Part shown: in pieces, positions 25,170-38,930 of the stretch
Numbering within the stretch: position 1 is the first letter of the stretch
How the letters are laid out: every line of letters starts with the position of its first letter
DNA from: Chiloscyllium plagiosum
Lineage: Eukaryota
Direction of reading: 5' to 3'
Assembly: GCF_004010195.1 (NCBI RefSeq)
Contig: NC_057719.1
Coordinates: 53,563,282 to 53,627,281, forward strand
Length of the DNA stretch: 64,000 nucleotides
The notes under the pieces: generated by a model
The model's input: the letters and a program-made list of their open reading frames with translations, nothing else
What the model was told of the DNA's origin: nothing
Databases searched by the model: none
Position numbers and translations under genes: made by a program

Positions 25170-26271
25170 TGATTAGAGTTCAGAGCCAGCATGTTGCTAT
25201 GAAAATAAAGGAGAGGGACCTTGGATGACAAGACAAACTGTGAGCTGAGTCAAAAAGAGAAAAGTGGCATTTATAAGATTTGGGAAACAGTACTCTCAAA
25301 AAATATAAAGAAAGCAGGAAAGCAGTTAAACAAAGAATTAGAAAAGCTAAAAGGGGTCGTGAAATGTCTTTGGCAAATAAGAATAAGTAAAGTCCCAAGG
25401 CTTTTTGACATATATAAGGAGCAAGAGGATAGATAGGGAAAACGTAGGTCCGCTCAAGGACAAAGGAAGGAATTTTTGTGTGGAGCCAAAGGAAGTAGAT
25501 GAAGCTCTTAATGAATTCTTAATAAAGATGAAGTTCTTAATAAATTAGTATTTATGAAGGAGAAGGACATGGTGAATATAAAAGTGGTGTTAGGTGTTTT
25601 AAAATGCATTGAGATAGATAGGTCCCAGGACTTGACGAGATCTATCCCAGAATACTGAGACAAGCAAGGGAGGAAATTGCTGGGACCTTGTACAAAACCT
25701 TTATATCCTTTTTAGACACAGAAGAAATCCCAGAGGACTGAAGAATAGCCAGTATTGTTCCTTTGTTTAATAAGGGCAACAGGGATAATCCAGGAAATTA
25801 CAGGCCAGTGAGTCTTATGTCAGTAGTAGGGAAATTATTGGAGAAGGTTCTTAGGTCAGGATTTATTCACATTTCGAAAAAAATATGAATTTATTAGTGA
25901 TCAGCAGCATGGCTTTGTGGGGAGGTAGGTCATGTCTCATAAACTTGATTAAGTTTTTTGAGAAAGTGACAAAGATGATTGTTGAGGGCAAGGATGTGGT
26001 GGATGTTTTTTACATGCACTTTCACAAGATCTTTGACCAGGTCCCTTATGGCAGGGTGATCCAGAAGATAAAGTCACATGGGATCCACAGTGAGCTGATA
26101 TGATGAATACAGAACTGGCTTGCTCATAGCAGACAGAGAGTAGTGATGAACAGCTGTTTTTTTGACTGGAGATCTGTGACCACTGGTAGTCTGCAGGGTA
26201 CAGTGCTAGGACACCTGTTGTTTGTAATATGCATAAAAGAAAGTGGGTAGTCTGATTAGTAAATTTGTGGC
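25170..26271 (+). mobile_element. CR1 LINE ORF2 relic
   Basis: GRSCLINLIKFFEKVTKMI...FHKIFDQVPYGRVIQK, plus an upstream NPGNYRPVSL motif. Confidence 0.9.
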
Positions 26272-26928
26272 ATTATGACACAGAGGTTGAATCCCTCTGC
26301 TAATTAAAACTAGAACATCCAGAAAAGCTTGCCTCACCTAGTAACCTGCTAAAAGTATCAGTGAGTGAAAGAAAACCCCTGATTTCCACTGTTAAAAAAA
26401 AACAATTTATTTCTCTAACTCTGACAATGAACACTAAACAAAAACTATTAACAAATCCAAGCCCCCTTTCCTTAACTAATCACGATCTGATCCCCAACTC
26501 TATTAAAATGTTGCTCCAGTAACATAATTTTTAAACTTAATCGACTTAGTCTCTCAAAGTCCATACAGTTTGTTATGCAGTCTTCTTTTCAGTCTTCCGA
26601 ATTTGCTGTCTTCTCCCAGAATCATCTGCTTACATTTTTAATGCTTTTACCGGAAAAGTGCCTTCTGATAGATAGTTCCTTCTGAGATTTCTTTGAGACC
26701 AACATATTTATTTCTTCGGATGGCAGTTGCACTGACCAATTTTTAAAATGCCCTTGTTTTAACCTTCAATGTCATACCCCCTCATTGGTCCGATGCTGTC
26801 AATACAATAAATTCAAACTTAATTATGTTTTGGTATCCTGGGTATAATTTAAATTAATTGGTTAACTTTGAATTGTTGTCAAAACAGCAACTAAAACTCA
26901 GGTATCCACTTAACAGCCAATTGTTACA
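26272..26928 (-). mobile_element. Probable solo LTR
   Basis: Minus strand starts tgtaacaattggctg. Antisense AATAAA at about 26406. It abruptly interrupts the CR1 RT just after the KF codons. Confidence 0.5.
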
Positions 26929-28066
26929 TGTATCTGTTTTGGAACAGCTCATCTCCCAGCTGCTCTGTACATTGGCAGTCATTGTTGCACCCTAAATTCT
27001 GTCTTAAAGTGACCATGCACTCTTTCGACTTTATAACATTGGACGGAACTAATGTTGGGAATATATGGATCAAAACAGTTCCAAGCCTGAGAACACTCAG
27101 TAGTGGCATACCCTGCACACAAAGACTGCACACACATCTTCATACAATGAGCCATACAGCACCCCAATGATGAGGGCCATACCTCCATCATTCATTGAGC
27201 TTAAGCCTCAGCATATATACCAACTTGGTGATGGTACTGTGGCAACTAAGTAGCCAACACATGACATCAAGAAGGGAGTGCCTGCTGAACTTTGAACCCT
27301 TCCCATCCCAGACCCACATCAATCTTACCAATGCGTTCAGTAGAGTCCTTTGTATTGCTTGCATGACAGATGATGCAATGATTATCTCTACCTCAGCACT
27401 ATTGCATGTGATACAAGCTATGATTCATGTTTGGTCAGCATTCGCCTCTTTTTACATCATTGCCACTAATGTCGACACCATTGATATGGCCATGATCAAT
27501 TTTCAAGCATCAAATACATGGTGCAAATTGTCTTTGATTGCTGTTTATACCTAGGTACATACACTCTGAATGCATTTCCTATGGATGTTATCATACTGCA
27601 AATTGAAAGTAGCTGGAGTTTGCAACCCATGCTTCAGAGTCCTATTGTCCATCATGTTGTGGAGTCCATGCTTTCAGCCATCAAACCAACATTGGCTCCA
27701 GCCACTCTGGATATTATCCCAGGCACTTCCCTTGCAGTTGGAGTGCAGTGAACAGCAAGTGATACCAAGGAACACGGCTTGTGGTGAACACCATCAGCAC
27801 CCGGCTACACCTGGTTGTCAGGTAAAACCTCAGAGCCTCTGTACGCATTGCCTTTAGTTCGCATTACCTTTCACAAGGAGTGAACTCAAGGAAAGTAAGA
27901 TGCAGATATAACAGGCATCCTTTATAGAAACATGAGATACATATACATCTGTTCATGTATAAACAACCTGAGAAAAGTATGAAAGGCAGAATTGCCTGTA
28001 AGCTCCAAAGTGATGTCCTAAAAGAACAACATGGTGTGTGAGTTGCTTGGAAAGCAGCCATGGTCA

Positions 28067-29310
28067 TGTGGTGAGGCCGGTGGCTGATTCCCTGATATCA
28101 AGTAATGGTTGGAAACACTGGATACTGCAAAAGCTGTGGGCCCTGACAATATTCCAGCAATAGTACTGAAGACCTGTGTCCAGAACTTGCCACTCCCCTA
28201 GCCAAGCAGTTCCAGTACAGTTACAACACTGGCATCTACCCACCAATGTGGAAAATTGTCCAGGCATGTTCTGTACATAAAAAAAAGCAGGAAGAATCCA
28301 ACCCAGCCAATTACTGCCACATCAGCCTACTCCCGATCATCAGTAAAGTAATATAAGGTGTCATCAGCAGTGCTATCAAGCTGTCCCTGCTCAGTGACAC
28401 CCAGTTTGGGTTCCACCAGGGCCACTCAGCTCCTGACCTCATTATAGCCTTGGTTCAAACATGGACAAAAGATCTGAATTCCTGAGGGGAGGTGAGAGTG
28501 ACAGCCCTTGACATCAAGGCTACATTCAACCAATTGTGGCATCAAGAACCCTTAACAAAATTGGAATCAATGGGTATTGGGGACAAACTCTCCAGTAGTT
28601 GGAGTCATACCTGACACAGTGCAAGATGATCATGATTCTTTGAGGTCAGTCATCTCAGCTCCAGGACATCTCTGCAGGAGTTCCTCAGGGTGGTGTCCTA
28701 GGCCCAACCATCTTCAGCCGATGTATCAATGACCTTCCTTCCATCATGGGGATGTTTGCCAATGACTGCACAATATTGAGCACCATTCACAACTCCTCTG
28801 ACACTGAAGCAGTCCATGTTCAAATTCAACAAGATCTGGACAATATCCATGCCCCTGCTGACAAGTGGCAAGTAACATTCATGCCACACAATTGCCTGCT
28901 TATGGCCATCACAAATAAGAGAGAATCGAACCACTGCCGCATGACATTCAATGGTGTCACCATCACTGAATTCCCCACTATCACCATCCTATGAGTTATC
29001 ATTGATCAAAAACTCAACTGACTCACTACATAAACACAGTGGCTACAAGAGTATGTCAGAGGCTAGGAACCCTCCCACCCACTCACCATCCTGACTTGGA
29101 AATATATCGCCATTCCTTCACTGTCACTGGGTCCAAATCCTGGAATTCCTTCTCTCATGGTATTGTGGGTCAACCACAATACCAACTGACAGGCGGACTG
29201 TAGCGGTTCAAGAAGACAGCTCACCACCACCTTCTCAAGGGCAGCTAGGGACAGTTAAATGTTAGCCAGCCAGCGATGCCCACATCCCACAAATAAACAA
29301 ATAAATAAAA
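28067..29310 (+). mobile_element. CR1-group LINE 3' part with A-rich tail
   Basis: NPANYCHISLL, GVPQGGVLGP and MFANDCTI motifs. Tail aaataaacaaataaataaaa. Confidence 0.9.
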
Positions 29311-30489
29311 TTCCGAGTTGCACGGAGGAAAGATGGACAAGCTGGTTTCCATGGACCATGCAGGGAAATGCTGGTGATTGTGGTGCAGTTGGATGAAGGC
29401 CTGCAGAAGGAAACAGAGATCTGTAGAACAAGGTAACTGCTCTGACAGAAACATTAGGATTGAGCACCATCTAGTTGTCAGTATGGGAGGGGGGAGGAGA
29501 ATGGAGAGCTGTATAGAAATGAGGTAAGATTATTGATTAGTAAGATACAAATGTATGAAAATAAGATGGTTAGTGCTCATTAGCAAGATTCAGAACTCAC
29601 AGTTTAAACATTATGGGAAAATCACAAATGTTTTTCTTGACAGTGAGAATTTTTTTTCTCATTCCACGTGCCCACGTCACTCAAGGCACAATCAAATTTG
29701 ACCATTTTTAATTTCAATTTGATAACCTTTCAGCAGAACTGACTCAAAACAAGTCTAGGCAAATGCAGATGTAAACAAATTCTAGGGAATTACATCTCAC
29801 ACTCCTAAAGGAAATCAAAATGAATTCAGAAGGCCACAGTAACCATGAGGCACATAATCCAATATCTCTATTTACCATTTCTCTGCAAATGACATCATCT
29901 CACGATGAAAATTGTCGAGCTTGCTCTTAAATATTTGTAGCAAATCTGCCCTCATTACAAGAACAGAAAATTTGTTGGAGAGTTTCTCAACCCTTTGTGG
30001 AAAGAAGAATCACCTGACATCTAATCTAATTCTGTGTTTTTGGAGACTAACTTATCTTCATATGGCTTGTTGTTCATCTGAAACTATCTAATTCAAATTA
30101 ACTCCCCACACAGATGCAGTCTAGACTCTTTGTTATTTTAAATGTCTCAAATCAATTGTCCCTGAACTTCTCTAATGTAAATAGATCCGGCTTGTCTAAG
30201 CCTATAATGTTATTTATACCAGTTGATTACTTTTTCATGAATTCTATTTCACCTTGGAAGTGGACATAGTAAAGGTGAGCTTAACTTGCTTGCACAAATC
30301 ACACAATAACAGGTTAGTTGCCCATTAAAGATATTACTTTTACAATATGATGTGATGCCTGGGCTGCCACCCATCCTTCATTGTACATTCATCTATGGGA
30401 TTGTTAACTAATCTGTGGTAGAGGATGGATATTAATAAATCTCAGAAGAAGAGGCTCTTATCTTAGGTAACAAGATAAGTTTTATTATA

Positions 30490-31075
30490 TATCAGTAATT
30501 ATGCATTGGAACTGGGTTAACTGCATCTGGCGTATTTTGTGCAGTTTTTGTCTTCTTGTCTTTGGAAAGATACTATTGCCATAGACAGAGTTTAACAAAA
30601 GTTCACCAAAGTTGTTCACAGGATGGTGGGAATGCCCTATGAATAGAAATTGAGTAAACTGGGCCTGTACTCTCTAGAGTTTTAGAGAATAAGAGGTAAT
30701 CTCACTGGAACCGACCAAATTAAGAAACAAACAGACAGGATAGATGCAGATAAGATGTTTCACCAGGTTGGGCAGTCCAGAACCAAGGGATATAATTTAG
30801 AAATAAGGGGCATTCCATTTATAATAGAGATGAGGACAATGATCTTCACCCCGAGGATGGTGAATCTCTGGAATTATCCTACCCCAGGGGATTGTGGAAG
30901 CTGAGCTTTTATGCATTTTTAAAGGAGTTGATCATTTTTTGTTATCAATAATGGAAAGGACTGTCAGGATTCTGTGATTAAAAGGCAGTGAAATATTCAA
31001 TCAGCAATAATCATGTTAAATAGTGGTGTAGGCTCAATGGGCTGAATAGACTCCTCCAATTCTTATGCTCCATGT
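30490..31075 (+). mobile_element. CR1 3' relic
   Basis: gtgcagtttttgtcttcttg, aagatgtttcacc and ggtgaatctctggaatt match the CR1 ORF2 end. Confidence 0.75.
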
Positions 31076-32631
31076 TCTCACTTTAACTTTGAGTCATATC
31101 ATCTATTACTAACTAAAGGTAGATGAGACATATTAACTGGGGTGAAATCAATTTTCGTTGATCTTGGCAGAACTCAAAACCTAATTTGAGAGAGGCATTT
31201 TCTTTAACTGTCGAACAATACTTTGTTTAAAGATAAGTGGGCTTTCCAGTGTGCCAAGGTTGGTTTTCTTCCACAATTTGTCATTTTTTTGACTCATGGA
31301 CTGATAGGGCATCCTTGCACATCAGAATTGCTTTAATGATATTCCATTTTGCTTTTGTGTTGGTTATTAACCCTCTAAGTTGGGTTTCCAATCTAACTGA
31401 TCTAATTATTAAAATCTGGAAAAAAAATTAAATTCCAAGAAGCCTTGGCAGGGTAGATCAAATTAAATGTCTTTATATTATGGCCAGGGAGTAAATAATT
31501 TGTTTGCATGGAGCTAATTATAGTGAAGACGATTAATTATTGGAATTATCACCTTTTCTTGTTTGCTGGACATCTTAATCTCCAATTTGTATTGTCTGAC
31601 TGTTTTGAAGAAAGGTGGAGAGTAATTTTGACTTTGGATCATTAAATAAGCAAATGATATTGATTCAGCCACTCATTATATATTTATTCAGGATATTAAT
31701 TCAGATTGTACTTCCATTGCAGGCAGCTTACCATTGATTGGAAGATAGATCCACCAGTATAGTGAGACAAAATTAGAAACAATTCATGATACCTCCCTTT
31801 GATATGATTCCATTACATCCTATTTGCCATCTTTCTTATACAGTCAAATATTATAGATTGAAACATTGGGCTGAACTTTCTAAGGAGTGCAATCTAACAT
31901 AAAACTATTAGAATGGAAGCATGGTCTGTACTTCTGATCAGAATCCTCTATCAGAAATGTGAGCTCTGGTTTCATAGAAAAAAAGTGGGGGGGTCATAGA
32001 AAAAAAGTGGGGGGGGGGAGAGTGTAATCTAATATAGAAATGCAGAGCATATTTCCATTCAATCTTCAATCGCCAACCTTTTTCCACAGCAGTCAGATAG
32101 GGGTTCTTAAATGAAAGTTCCAGAATCACAATCATCCACATTGACAGCTGCTGTAAAACTGCAAGTACAGAAGATAAATGTGAGGTAAGGGTCCTGGGAC
32201 GATAGGCTGGTAGGTGAAGAAGATGACAGGGTGTAAGGATTCTCGCTAAATTATGCAATGTTTGGGGCGTGGCAGGGTAAGAGATATCTGGTCCAATAAG
32301 GAGGGTGGAAGGGTGAGTGTTGTGTCCTAGAGTGGAGTAGGGAAATGAAATTTATGTAGGGAACTGGCACAATGTGGTGCATCCACATACAAATCAATGG
32401 CTTATCAAGTGGGGATGAATTGGCATTTTTGTCTTAAATCTCAATAGGGCTTCTCAGGCACCTGACGTCATTTATATTATTGAAACAGCACAAACAGGAC
32501 TTATTTTCTTTGCTACTAAATAACATAATTCATAAAGTGCAGCATCACACTGATAGATGCAACTTTATGAGTTCTGTTTTGAAAAGAGGTATGTGTGCAT
32601 TTGAAACCAAGGTGACTGGGTTATAAAACAG

Positions 32632-32863
32632 GGATTCTGGATAATCCAAGATGGAGGACGGGAAAAACTTCTGGCTGTAAGAGCTGCTCCTTTTTTTAAA
32701 GGTATTTTAGGTGTTGGAGATGATTTCCTCGAATTCCAGGAGCAGCAATTACTGTTTTATATGCTGTTGCATTGTTTTGGAACTTTGGAAAAAAAAGTCA
32801 AAACAACAGCAGTTTTAAAAGGGAGAAGAGCAGACAAAGGATGCACATGGTGAGGACAGTGCA

Positions 32864-32904
<41 letters not shown>

Positions 32905-32953
32905 CTGCACAATTACCGCCATTGCTGTTTGAATTCGTGTATCGCTGGACATC
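32632..32953 (+). mobile_element. 5' end (UTR) of a CR1-type LINE with (GA)16 at 32871-32902, truncated by the gap
   Basis: ggattctggataatccaagatggagga is homologous to the minus-strand 5' end at 38127. Confidence 0.7.
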
Positions 32954-33453
32954 NNNNNNNNNNNNNNNNNNNNNNNNNNNNNNNNNNNNNNNNNNNNNNN
33001 NNNNNNNNNNNNNNNNNNNNNNNNNNNNNNNNNNNNNNNNNNNNNNNNNNNNNNNNNNNNNNNNNNNNNNNNNNNNNNNNNNNNNNNNNNNNNNNNNNNN
33101 NNNNNNNNNNNNNNNNNNNNNNNNNNNNNNNNNNNNNNNNNNNNNNNNNNNNNNNNNNNNNNNNNNNNNNNNNNNNNNNNNNNNNNNNNNNNNNNNNNNN
33201 NNNNNNNNNNNNNNNNNNNNNNNNNNNNNNNNNNNNNNNNNNNNNNNNNNNNNNNNNNNNNNNNNNNNNNNNNNNNNNNNNNNNNNNNNNNNNNNNNNNN
33301 NNNNNNNNNNNNNNNNNNNNNNNNNNNNNNNNNNNNNNNNNNNNNNNNNNNNNNNNNNNNNNNNNNNNNNNNNNNNNNNNNNNNNNNNNNNNNNNNNNNN
33401 NNNNNNNNNNNNNNNNNNNNNNNNNNNNNNNNNNNNNNNNNNNNNNNNNNNNN
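32954..33453. other. Assembly gap (500 N)
   Basis: Run of exactly 500 N. Confidence 0.99.
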
Positions 33454-34190
33454 TGTCCTGTACAGCCATAACATGACCTTCCAACTCCTATACTTGATAC
33501 TCTGACCATTAAAGGAAAGCATACCAAATGCCTTCTTCACTATCCTACCTACCTTCCACTCCACTTTAAAGGAACTATGTACCTGTCCTCCAAGGTCTCT
33601 TTGTTCAGCAACACACCCCAGGACCTAAGCAATAAGTGTATAAGTCCTGCCCTGATATGTCTTTCTAAAATGCAGCACCTCACTTTTCTCTGAATTAAAC
33701 TCTGTCTGCCAATCCTCGGCCCACTGGCCCATCGTATCAAATTCCTGTTGTACATTGAGGTAACGTTCTTCGGTCTCCACTATTCCTCTAATTTTGGTGT
33801 CATCTGCAAACTTACTCACCATGTCTCCTATGGTCTCATCCAAATAATTTATATAAATGGCAAAAAGCAGTGGACCCAGCAATGATCCTTGTGGCACATA
33901 ACTGATCACAGGCCTCCACTCTGAAAAGCACCCTTCCATCACTACTCTGTTTTCTATTTTCAAGCCAGTTGTGTACCTAAATGGCTAGTTCTCCCTGTAT
34001 TCCATGAATCTAACCTTGCTAAGTGGTCTATCATGAGGAATCTTGTTGAACGCCTTACTGGAGTCCATATAGATCATGTCCACCACTCTGCCCTCTATAA
34101 TCCTCTTGGTTACTTCTTCAAAAAACTCAATCAAGTTAGTGATGCATGATTTCCCATGCACAAAGCCATGTTGATTATTCCTAATTAGCC
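33454..34190 (-). mobile_element. CR1 RT fragment
   Basis: VPQGSLLGPLLFAIYINYLD...SKFADDTKI. Confidence 0.92.
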
Positions 34191-34257
34191 TCTCTTAAGT
34201 ATACTCTTACTGCCGTTATACTGTTCTCAGGATTCACTCAATCTCTGCTGACTATAC

Positions 34258-36313
34258 CGAAGACCAGAAGACATAGGAGCAGAAGTTACACCATTCAGCC
34301 CATCGAATCTGCTCTGCCACTCAATCATGGCTGATAAACTTTACTCTCTCACTTTCTTCCCTGAACCCTTGATACTCAAGAACCTATCTATCTCAGTCTT
34401 GAGTGTACTCAATAAGCCGACCTCCACAGCCTTCTGTGGCAATGAATACCATAGATTCACTAGCCACTGGCTGAAGAAGTTTCTCCTTATCTCTGCTTTA
34501 AAAGGTATTTTCTTTACTCTAAGGCTGTGTCCTCGGGTCCTAGTCTCTCCTACCAATGGGAACATCTTCCCAAAATCTTCTCTGTCCAGGCTATTCAGTA
34601 TTCTGTACATTTCAGTTAGATCCCCCCCTCACTCTTCTAAACTCCATCAAATATAGACCCATGGTCCTCAAACGTTCCTCATATGTTAAGTTTTTCATTC
34701 CTGGGACCATTCTCATGAACCTCCTCTGAACACATTCCAAGGCTAGCACATCCTTAATGAGATATGGGGCCCAAAACTGCACACAATACTCCAAATGTGG
34801 TCTGACCAGAGCCTCAGAAGTACATCTCTGCTTTTATATTCAAGTCATCTCAAAATAAATGCCAACAGTGCATTTGCCTTCCAAGCTACTGACTCAACCT
34901 GCAAGTTTACCTTGAGAGAATCCTGGACTAGAACTCCCAAGTCTCTTTGCACTTCAGACTTCTGAATTTATTCCCCATTTAGAAGATAGTCCATCTCTCT
35001 ATTCTTCCTACCAAAGTGCACCGACCTCACACCTTCCCATATTGTACTCCATCTGCCACTTCTTTGCCCACTCTCCTAACCTGTCCAAATCCTTCTGCAG
35101 ACTCCCCGCCTCCTCAAAGAGGCCTGTCCCTCTACATATCTTTGTATCATCTGCAAACTTAGCCAGAATGCCCTCGGTTCCTTCATCTAGATTGTTAATA
35201 TATAAAGTGAAAAGTTGTGATACCAAAACTGAACCTTGCAGAACTCCAGTTGTCACCCGCTGCCATCCTGAGAGAGATTCTTTTATCCCCACTCTCTGCT
35301 TTCTGCCAAACAGCCAAGCTTCTATCCATACTAGCATCTTACCTCTAACACCATGGGCCCTCATCTTACTCAATAGCTTCCTTCGCGGTACATTGTCAAA
35401 GGCTTTCTTAAAGTCCAGGTAGATAACATCCATTGGCTCTCCTTGGTCGAACCTGCGCATTAATTCATCAAAGAATTCTGGAAGATTTGTCAGGCATGAT
35501 TTCCCCTTGATGAAACCATGCTGACTTTGCCCTATTTTACCACACACTTCCAAGTATTTAGAAATCTCATCCTTCACAATAGATTCCAGGACCTTAACCA
35601 TGACCGAGGTCTGTAAATTTCCCTCTTTTGCTGTACTCCCTTTTTAAACAGAGGTGTCATGTCAGTGATTTTCCAGTCCTCTGGGACTCTTTCTGATTCT
35701 AGTGATTCCTGAAAGATCACCACTTATGCTTCCACTATCTCTTCATTTCTGCTCAGGGCCAGGTGATTTATCCACCTTTAGACCATTCAGTTTTTCTAGC
35801 ACCTTCTCCTTGGTAATGGCCACCATACTCAGCTCTGTCCCCTTGCTCTCTTGAATTTTTGGGATATTACTTGTGTGTTCCACTGTGAAGACTGACAGGA
35901 AGTAATTGTTCAGTTCCTCAGCCATTTCCTTGTTCCCCACTAGTATCTCTCCAGCATCATTTTCCACTTTTGCTTCTCTTTTGTTCTTCATATATCCAAA
36001 GAAACTTACAATCTTCCTTTATATTGCTAGCTAGCTTATCCTTATATTTAATCTCCTTCTTCCTTATTTCTTCTTTTGTTGCCCTCTGTTGTTCTTTATA
36101 AGCTTCCCAATCATCTGGTTTCTCACTGCCATTAACCACATTATATGCTTTCTCCTTTGCTTTTATGCTATTCCCGACTTCCCTAGTCAGTCATGGTTGC
36201 TTCATCCTCCCTGTACCATACTTATTTTTTCCCAGGATGAACTCTGCTGTGTCCTCTGAATTACTTCCAGAAACTCCTGCCATTGCTGTCCCACTGTCTT
36301 TCCTGCTAGGTTC
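34258..36313 (-). mobile_element. CR1 LINE (second family), ORF2 RT to 3' end
   Basis: QHGFIKGKSCLTNL, YLDFKKAFDNVP, GVLQGSVL, KFADDTK and EYCVQFWAPYL motifs. Confidence 0.95.
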
Positions 36314-38127
36314 CTAGAACATAGAATTACTGTCACTGGCCCCAATGTGCTCCCCCACCGATACCTCAGTCACCTTCCCTACCTTATTTCCCAAGAGTAG
36401 GTCAAGTTTTGCACCTTCTCTATTAGGTACATCCACATACTGAATCAGAATTTTTTCTTGTACACACCTGACAAATTCCTCTCCATCTGAACCCTTAACA
36501 CTATGGCAGTCCCAGTCTATGTTTGGAAAGTTAAAATCTCCTACCATTACTACTCTATCATTCTTACAGATAACTGAGATCTCTTTACAAATTCATTTTT
36601 CAATTTCCCACTGACTATTAGGGAGTCTATAATTCAACCCCCATAAGCTGATCATCCCAATCTGACTTCTCAGTTCCACCCAAATAAATTCCTAGATGTA
36701 TTCACAGGAATATCCTCTCTCAGTACAGCAATAATGTTATCTCATATCAATAAAGTTACATCCCCTCCTCTCTTTCCCCTCTTTCTGTCCTTCCTGTTGC
36801 ATTTGTATCTTGGAACATTAAACTGCCAGTCCCTGTCCATCCCTAAGTCATGTTTCTGTAATTGCTAAGATATCCCAGTCCCATGTTCTTAACCATGCCT
36901 GGAGTTCATCTGCTTTCCCTGTTAGGCCTCTTGTATTGAAATAAATTTAATTTATCAGTCCTACCTTGTTCTCTGCTTTGTGCCTGCCTGCCCTGAGTGG
37001 GTTCTTTTGTTGATTATATGATATCTGTCTCTTGGTTAAATTTTTAAAATATAAAGTACAGGTACTAAGTTAGCCTGGAGCAGTGATTTGGAACCTGACG
37101 TACCCCTCAGTACATTACGACCAGTCTTGGTACCAGAAACTTGACTGTTCGTGCTACATTCCCGAGAGTTCATCACCCCCTACATTTTCCAAAACAGTAT
37201 ACTTGTTTGAGATAAGAATAGCCACAAGAGATTTCTGCAGTACCTGCCTACCCCTTCTACCTTTCCTGGAGTTAACTCATCCACCTGACTGTTTCTGTGG
37301 CTTTTCTCTCTACCTATAACTGCCATTGATCACACCTTCTAGCTCCCGTAAATTCCTTATTGTTTCTAACTGCCGCTCCAACTGACCCAAGCAATATGAT
37401 AAGATTCACAACCAATGACATTTCCTGCAGACATAATCAGCAGTAACATGGAAACTCTCCCTAAATTCCTACATCTGACAGGATGAGCACATCATTCTAC
37501 TAAAGGCCACCTTTGGTCCTTAAAAATCTGCAGACCCTATATAAGATCATCGTCTTAACTGCTCTAAAAATGCTGCTCCAGGCTAAATTAGTACCTATGT
37601 TTTATAGTTTTAAAACTTAATCAAGAGACAGATCTCAATAATAAAATATATAATCAGAAAGGAATTTACTCTACTCACTATTGCAGATTTAAAGCAAGGT
37701 TACACTAAAAAACTATGCACTTAGCTTCTCCCATGCTATAAGCTCTCCCACACAGGTGCCTCCAAGGTCAGTTGTGAATTTCACTGTTTTTTAGTTTTTC
37801 TTAGATGCACTCTGATGTCCAGAGATGCTTGAACTCAAACAGCAAAAGCAGTAACTCTACAGATTCAGTGCTCTGTCAGACAACAGTGTAGGTTTCTTTC
37901 CCTGACAATGGGATCCCTGCCTTTGTCTGTCTTCATCCTTTTTAAAGTACCATTGTTGTGACCATTTCTCCTCCAAAGTTCCAAACCAATACAGCAGCTT
38001 ATAAATCAGTAATTACTGTTCCTGGAACTCCAAGAAATCAGCTCCAACATCTAAAATACCTCAAAACAGCTGTTGCTCTTTCATCCACAACTTTTTCCCA
38101 TCCTCCATCTTGGATTACCCAGAATCC
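36314..38127 (-). mobile_element. CR1 5' half: 5' UTR, ORF1 zinc-finger relic and APE endonuclease
   Basis: GDFNFPNIDW...PNREGAKLDLLL (APE). MCSSCQM*EFRESFHVTADYVCRKC near 37420-37492 (CR1 ORF1 zinc finger). Confidence 0.85.
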
Positions 38128-38930
38128 ATGTGCCAGGAAGCTCACCAACAAGTATATTCTTTACAATTATGATCCCTCCAAGCTTACCGCATTAGAAGTA
38201 GATGTATCCCAGAAAGACCTCAGAGTGTATATATGACATGAAGATGAGTCAATTCTGTTTGGCTCAAAAATCCTTTTGGCAGATCAGGCAGATTATTCCA
38301 AAATAAAAATGGAAACTTTTGCTTAATTTTGGACAACAAATGTTGCAGATGCATCTTTTTGGTAATCGTTCCACAAACTGCTGGAAATTGTACCAAAAAC
38401 CTCTCACAAGTGCCCCTGAACAGCTACAGTGTCAACAAGGCTATGATTTCAAAGTCCATACTCACAGATGATTATTGCCGATTGACTTAACACATAAGAT
38501 AGTTCCCAAGACATATATGTGGATATTGTCAATTCTGAGCTTAAAGATTTATTCTGCATTGATTTCATTCATTTTGGTCACGACTAAACAAGGTAATTGA
38601 GCAAGCTATTATGTCTAGCTGCAACACAAAACAAATAAACAAGTCCCTAAGCAAACATGTTCTTTCTATTCAGTCAGAGTCAAACTAGAACACTCTAGCA
38701 AAGTAATTTTCAAAGGCAAACAAGTGATTAATTCACAAGTTCTAAAATCTGCTTGACTGTATAAACATAGAGCACATGAGTACTAAAAAGGCCAAGGGAT
38801 TGGCCTATGAATCTAGCCACTGTCCAACATCAACCAATCAGCTGAAACATGACAACTGCATCAACTGCAACAATTGACATAACCCTTTATTTCACACAAT
38901 GTTTCTGTCCACTTGCTACACAAAAATCTC
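38128..38930 (+). mobile_element. Ty3/Gypsy pol RNase H relic
   Basis: YDPSKLTALEVDVSQKDL...FGSK...YSKIKMETFA...KPLTSAPEQLQ...QGYDFKV. These correspond to the DAS, YSxIERE and KPLxxAPxRLQR motifs. Confidence 0.7.

Noticed and set aside
26930..28066. Cluster of short ORFs, possibly LTR-retrotransposon internal sequence
   Set aside because: No diagnostic gag or pol motif could be read. Left unassigned.
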